A stretch of DNA of 64,000 nucleotides from Octopus vulgaris (Eukaryota): positions 18,104,001 through 18,168,000 of the forward strand of contig OX597817.1 in assembly GCA_951406725.2 (NCBI GenBank), written 5' to 3'. The notes under the pieces were generated by a model that saw nothing but the letters and a program-made list of their open reading frames with translations, was not told the DNA's origin and searched no databases. The position numbers and the translations under genes were made by a program. Positions 60,054 to 64,000 of this stretch are shown here, piece after piece. The number at the start of each line of letters is the position of its first letter. The stretch's first letter is position 1.

Positions 60054-60168
60054 TGAGTAAATGTAAAGATATGTAAACATATGTACATTTTTTGCATTAA
60101 ACGTATTTAATACTTCTTGTATATCGACTTGCTTATCCTAACTTGCTTATGTTTACATTTACTCATTC

Positions 60169-60233
<65 letters not shown>

Positions 60234-60364
60234 TGCATGTATGTATGCACCTACATATACAAACATAGTATATACAGGCATACATTCCCATTTTGCTATG
60301 CTTCTAGGCTATAGTTTTTCCTTGTTTTATATGTATTTTAGTCAGACTCCAATTTTTATATAAC
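59854..60364. repeat. Long imperfect palindrome (~215-bp arms, ~75-bp spacer)
   Basis: 59854-60070 is the reverse complement of 60150-60364, including the internal (TA)n. Confidence 0.9.
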
Positions 60365-60885
60365 GTAAACCTTAAGTTAGCAATTTAGTGTTCTGAAAAT
60401 ACGAACATTAAAACACGGTAGCCAATTTATAAGGAAAAGATATATAAAATATAACTAATCTGTTTTTAAAAATTGTTTTCTAACGTTGAATACTCTTATA
60501 ATTGTGGATTTCTCTGGTCACATTCCCTTTCTCACTTTTACTCGCTCTCTCCCTATCTATCTGTTTGTCTATCTTATCTAACTTGTACAGATATAGACAT
60601 ACGGTGTATATATATGCATATATGTATTGGTGTGTATGTACGTCTCTGTACGCATGTGTGTGCATCCGTGTGCGGTCGTGTAAAACTGGAATTGTTTCGT
60701 TCTATGTAAGTTTTCTGGAATAATATGGTGGAAATGATACATGAATTCTATTTGAATCAATTCGCTTTTTATATCAACATTGAAGAACAAACAAATAAAT
60801 GTGTATGTGTGTGTATGTGCATGCGTATAAATATATGTTTATATATGTATCTATCTGCGTATATGCGTGTATGGCTGTATTTGTA

Positions 60886-60922
<37 letters not shown>

Positions 60923-63002
60923 CATGCATGTAGATATATATGTATATATATGCATGTGTATATATATGTATATACATATATATATATATGTGCAATGGTA
61001 TATATATACATATATATATATATTTATACAAGCATATATATATATGTGTGTGTATGTGTGTGTGTTGTGTGTGTGTATGTGTGCATGTGTGTATGTGTGT
61101 GTGTGGTGTGTGTGTATGTGTGTGTGCATATGCATGCACATACACATGTTATTGCGCGTGAGTAACGTAGGTAGATGAAAATAAAGTAAAGAAAGGCTTT
61201 ACATCCTAAATCTGTAAAGTTTTAGAACATTTTAAATTGGAAAAAAAGAACGTGTATCTAACTCGAAGTTAAAAAAATCGCAGTTGAAGACAAGTAAACA
61301 TTTTTATGTCTTTCAAAAGAAGAAAAGAAGTAAAAAAAGAAAAAAAATATCTAAAATTTTTCGATTAGTGGAAAATCCAATGAATAAAGGATTGGCTTAC
61401 AAAGTATACCTAAGAAAGCCAATATGTCAATGGAAATAGAACGACTAAGAATTATTCAGATTTTTGAGATTTTAAACTAATTTGTAAGAAGAAACTAGAT
61501 TTTTGTGTGTGAATGATTTTGTTAAAAATGAAGTTAGATTCAGAAGACAGTATCGTGTACATCAGAGAAAATGTACCCTCAAATTTCACCATGAATATTT
61601 TGACAGCCTGTCCACAGCAGGTAAACATCATCCAAAATTACGCTATCCAAACCTTCGTTCTTCATTCTTCTCAATTCAAATTTAACCGAGATTCACTTTG
61701 CCTTTCTTGTTGGTGATGTCGAAAAAACAACGAAGATGTATGTATTTTGTCAATAATATTTTTGGATACCGTTGTGGAAAAGCAAATAAAATCATTGATT
61801 TTGATTCGATTTTTCCGATGCGATAGATGTAAGTGCAAACAGAATCAATGTTAGAGATCCGGGAACACTAAACGAGGTATAAAATGAAGGATTCCGTCAT
61901 TTATTTCTCATCTGAAAAGTATTCAGATTTCGGTACTATGGCGTCAACAGAACCTGTCCTGATTTTGTAACATCTCTTAGTTAGCATTGTCAAAGAATGG
62001 AAACGGTCAATTATCTTCTTTGTCCCGAAGGCTCCTTCCCCTTACAAAGGCTACTCAACACTCTTTATCGATACGCAGAGAATATCCTAGAAAATCATAT
62101 TTCATATTCTTCACTAAAACTATCTGAAATGAAAGGGTGGACATTCCACCAGTTGCAAGACTATGAACGTCTGGCGAAGTTTGAGAATCTACGATATATG
62201 TTCAATCATTAGCACTCCAAGAAAAATGCTTAGCGGCATTTCCTCCGGCTTTATGCTCCGAGTTCAAATGGCGCCAAAGTCGACTATACTTTTGATCTTT
62301 GGGAATCGATAAAATAAATTCTAATCGGGAACTGGGGTCGATACAATAAACTTACCCTTCCCTCCAAAATTGGGAGTCTTGTACTAAAATTTTAAACCTC
62401 TATAATAGTATACTATAGATTGGTAGAACTGCTAGAGTGTCGGAAAAACGGCTTGTGGCATTTCTTTCGGCGCTTTTCATTCTGTCGTGGTCGACTTTAG
62501 CTTTAATTCCTGTCGAAGCTGATAAAATAAGATACCAGTCAAGTACTGAACCGATGTATTCGACAAGCTCATACCTCCTCCGAAAATTGCCTACCTCGTA
62601 CCTAAATCAGAAACCTTCATGGCCAGTATACTTTAGCCGTCGTCAAAAAGAGAGTAAATTAAAATTCTGTGCACTGCCAGTAGTGAGATGTGAACACGCA
62701 GTAGTGGTCTTCAAACAGTAATTTCATTATACTTCTTTTCACGTAAGACTAAACTAATCATCACCCCGCTCTCACTATAACAGATGGTCAGTGTATTATT
62801 AGAAAAATCCTATCGTTCCTCTCTATTTAAAATTTGGCATATAATATAAAATAATACGAATACCATTCGGGTGAATTTTCTTCTTATATTTGCTATATTT
62901 TTACAATTACCCATTTTGATTGGATTTCTGCCTACTCCATTATAAATCATTACTTTTGCTAGTTTCTACTAGTTACGAATTTTATGTATTTATTTTTATT
63001 CT

Positions 63003-63058
<56 letters not shown>

Positions 63059-63136
63059 GTTAATATTTTCCTTTCTGCGTTACGTTATTTTTGTTCCCAT
63101 TCTAAAGTGCTTCAATATAGTGACGGTTTTATTTCT

Positions 63137-63167
<31 letters not shown>

Positions 63168-64000
63168 TAATATTTTCTCGGTTTCTATTTTCGAATGTTA
63201 GATAAAATTTCCACCCTCACAAAATAAAAAAGCAAAAGAAACAAAAAGAATAACAACAACAACGTTAACAACAAAAACCGTTCTTCTTTTTTTTTTTTTT
63301 TTTTCATTTGTCGATTTAAAAGACGGGTAATAATACATTCTGCAATTTATATAATTATGAATCTCTTTCTATTATGAGAAGAAAAAAAATATCATCAAAT
63401 ATTGTACTCGCTTTCCTATCTGTCTGTTGTTTTTGTGTCTTTTTCTCTTTCAACCGGTTCCTCTCCCCTCCATCACTGCTTTTCTCTCTCTCTCTCTCTC
63501 ACTCCGTTTCTTCCACCAATATATACACAAATAGAAGCATAAACGCAAAAACACACACACACTACACTATTCCAGTAAATAACACACGTCCTTTCCACAT
63601 CAAGTCACACACATATACACCTTTACACATATACACATTTGCACACAAGCATATATACACACACTAACACGAGTCGTCTTAGTGAAATTGTAGTAAAATA
63701 GAACATGTCATTATGTATTGGCTGGTTTAAGAATTATAACAATTATTTCGACATTTTCATAAAGACAATAAAGTAGAAAACAAAAACAAAAACAACTCTC
63801 AAAACATGAACTTCTGCTTCACCGTTTTAATTGCAGCAGCACTGCAAATGTTATGTTTTTATTTTTATTTTTTTGAGATTTAATTTGTCTAATTTACACC
63901 TTAATTTAATAACTGATTTGTCAAATACTCCTCTTGTTATTTTTACTTTCGATTTCTGAATTTGATGTTTGGAAGATATGTCTGAAGGTTGTGTGTCTGA

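Overview
Eukaryotic, AT-rich, microsatellite-saturated non-coding DNA. The SINE repertoire and microsatellite load look like an octopus (cephalopod) intronic or intergenic region; this is an inference. I can support no host protein-coding exon, and almost all listed ORFs are microsatellite translation artefacts. The window holds four tRNA-headed SINE families, several non-autonomous Helitrons, fragments of Tx1, RTE, R4/Dong-like and CR1 LINEs, a mariner/Tc1 fusion relic and decayed Penelope-like elements (PLEs). The most interesting signals are: (1) five minimal type-I hammerhead-ribozyme-like motifs, four with a palindromic stem III and three of them clustered at 26.9-27.9 kb; one lies in an element that also has a tRNA-like Pol III head and a PLE-style inverted end, i.e. 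a candidate tRNA-headed retrozyme/SINE; (2) a young Tx1-clade LINE that appears to target (TATC)n/(GATA)n microsatellites; (3) tail swapping and same-site stacking among SINEs, and end swapping among Helitrons. Coordinates were read by eye and may be off by a few bases.
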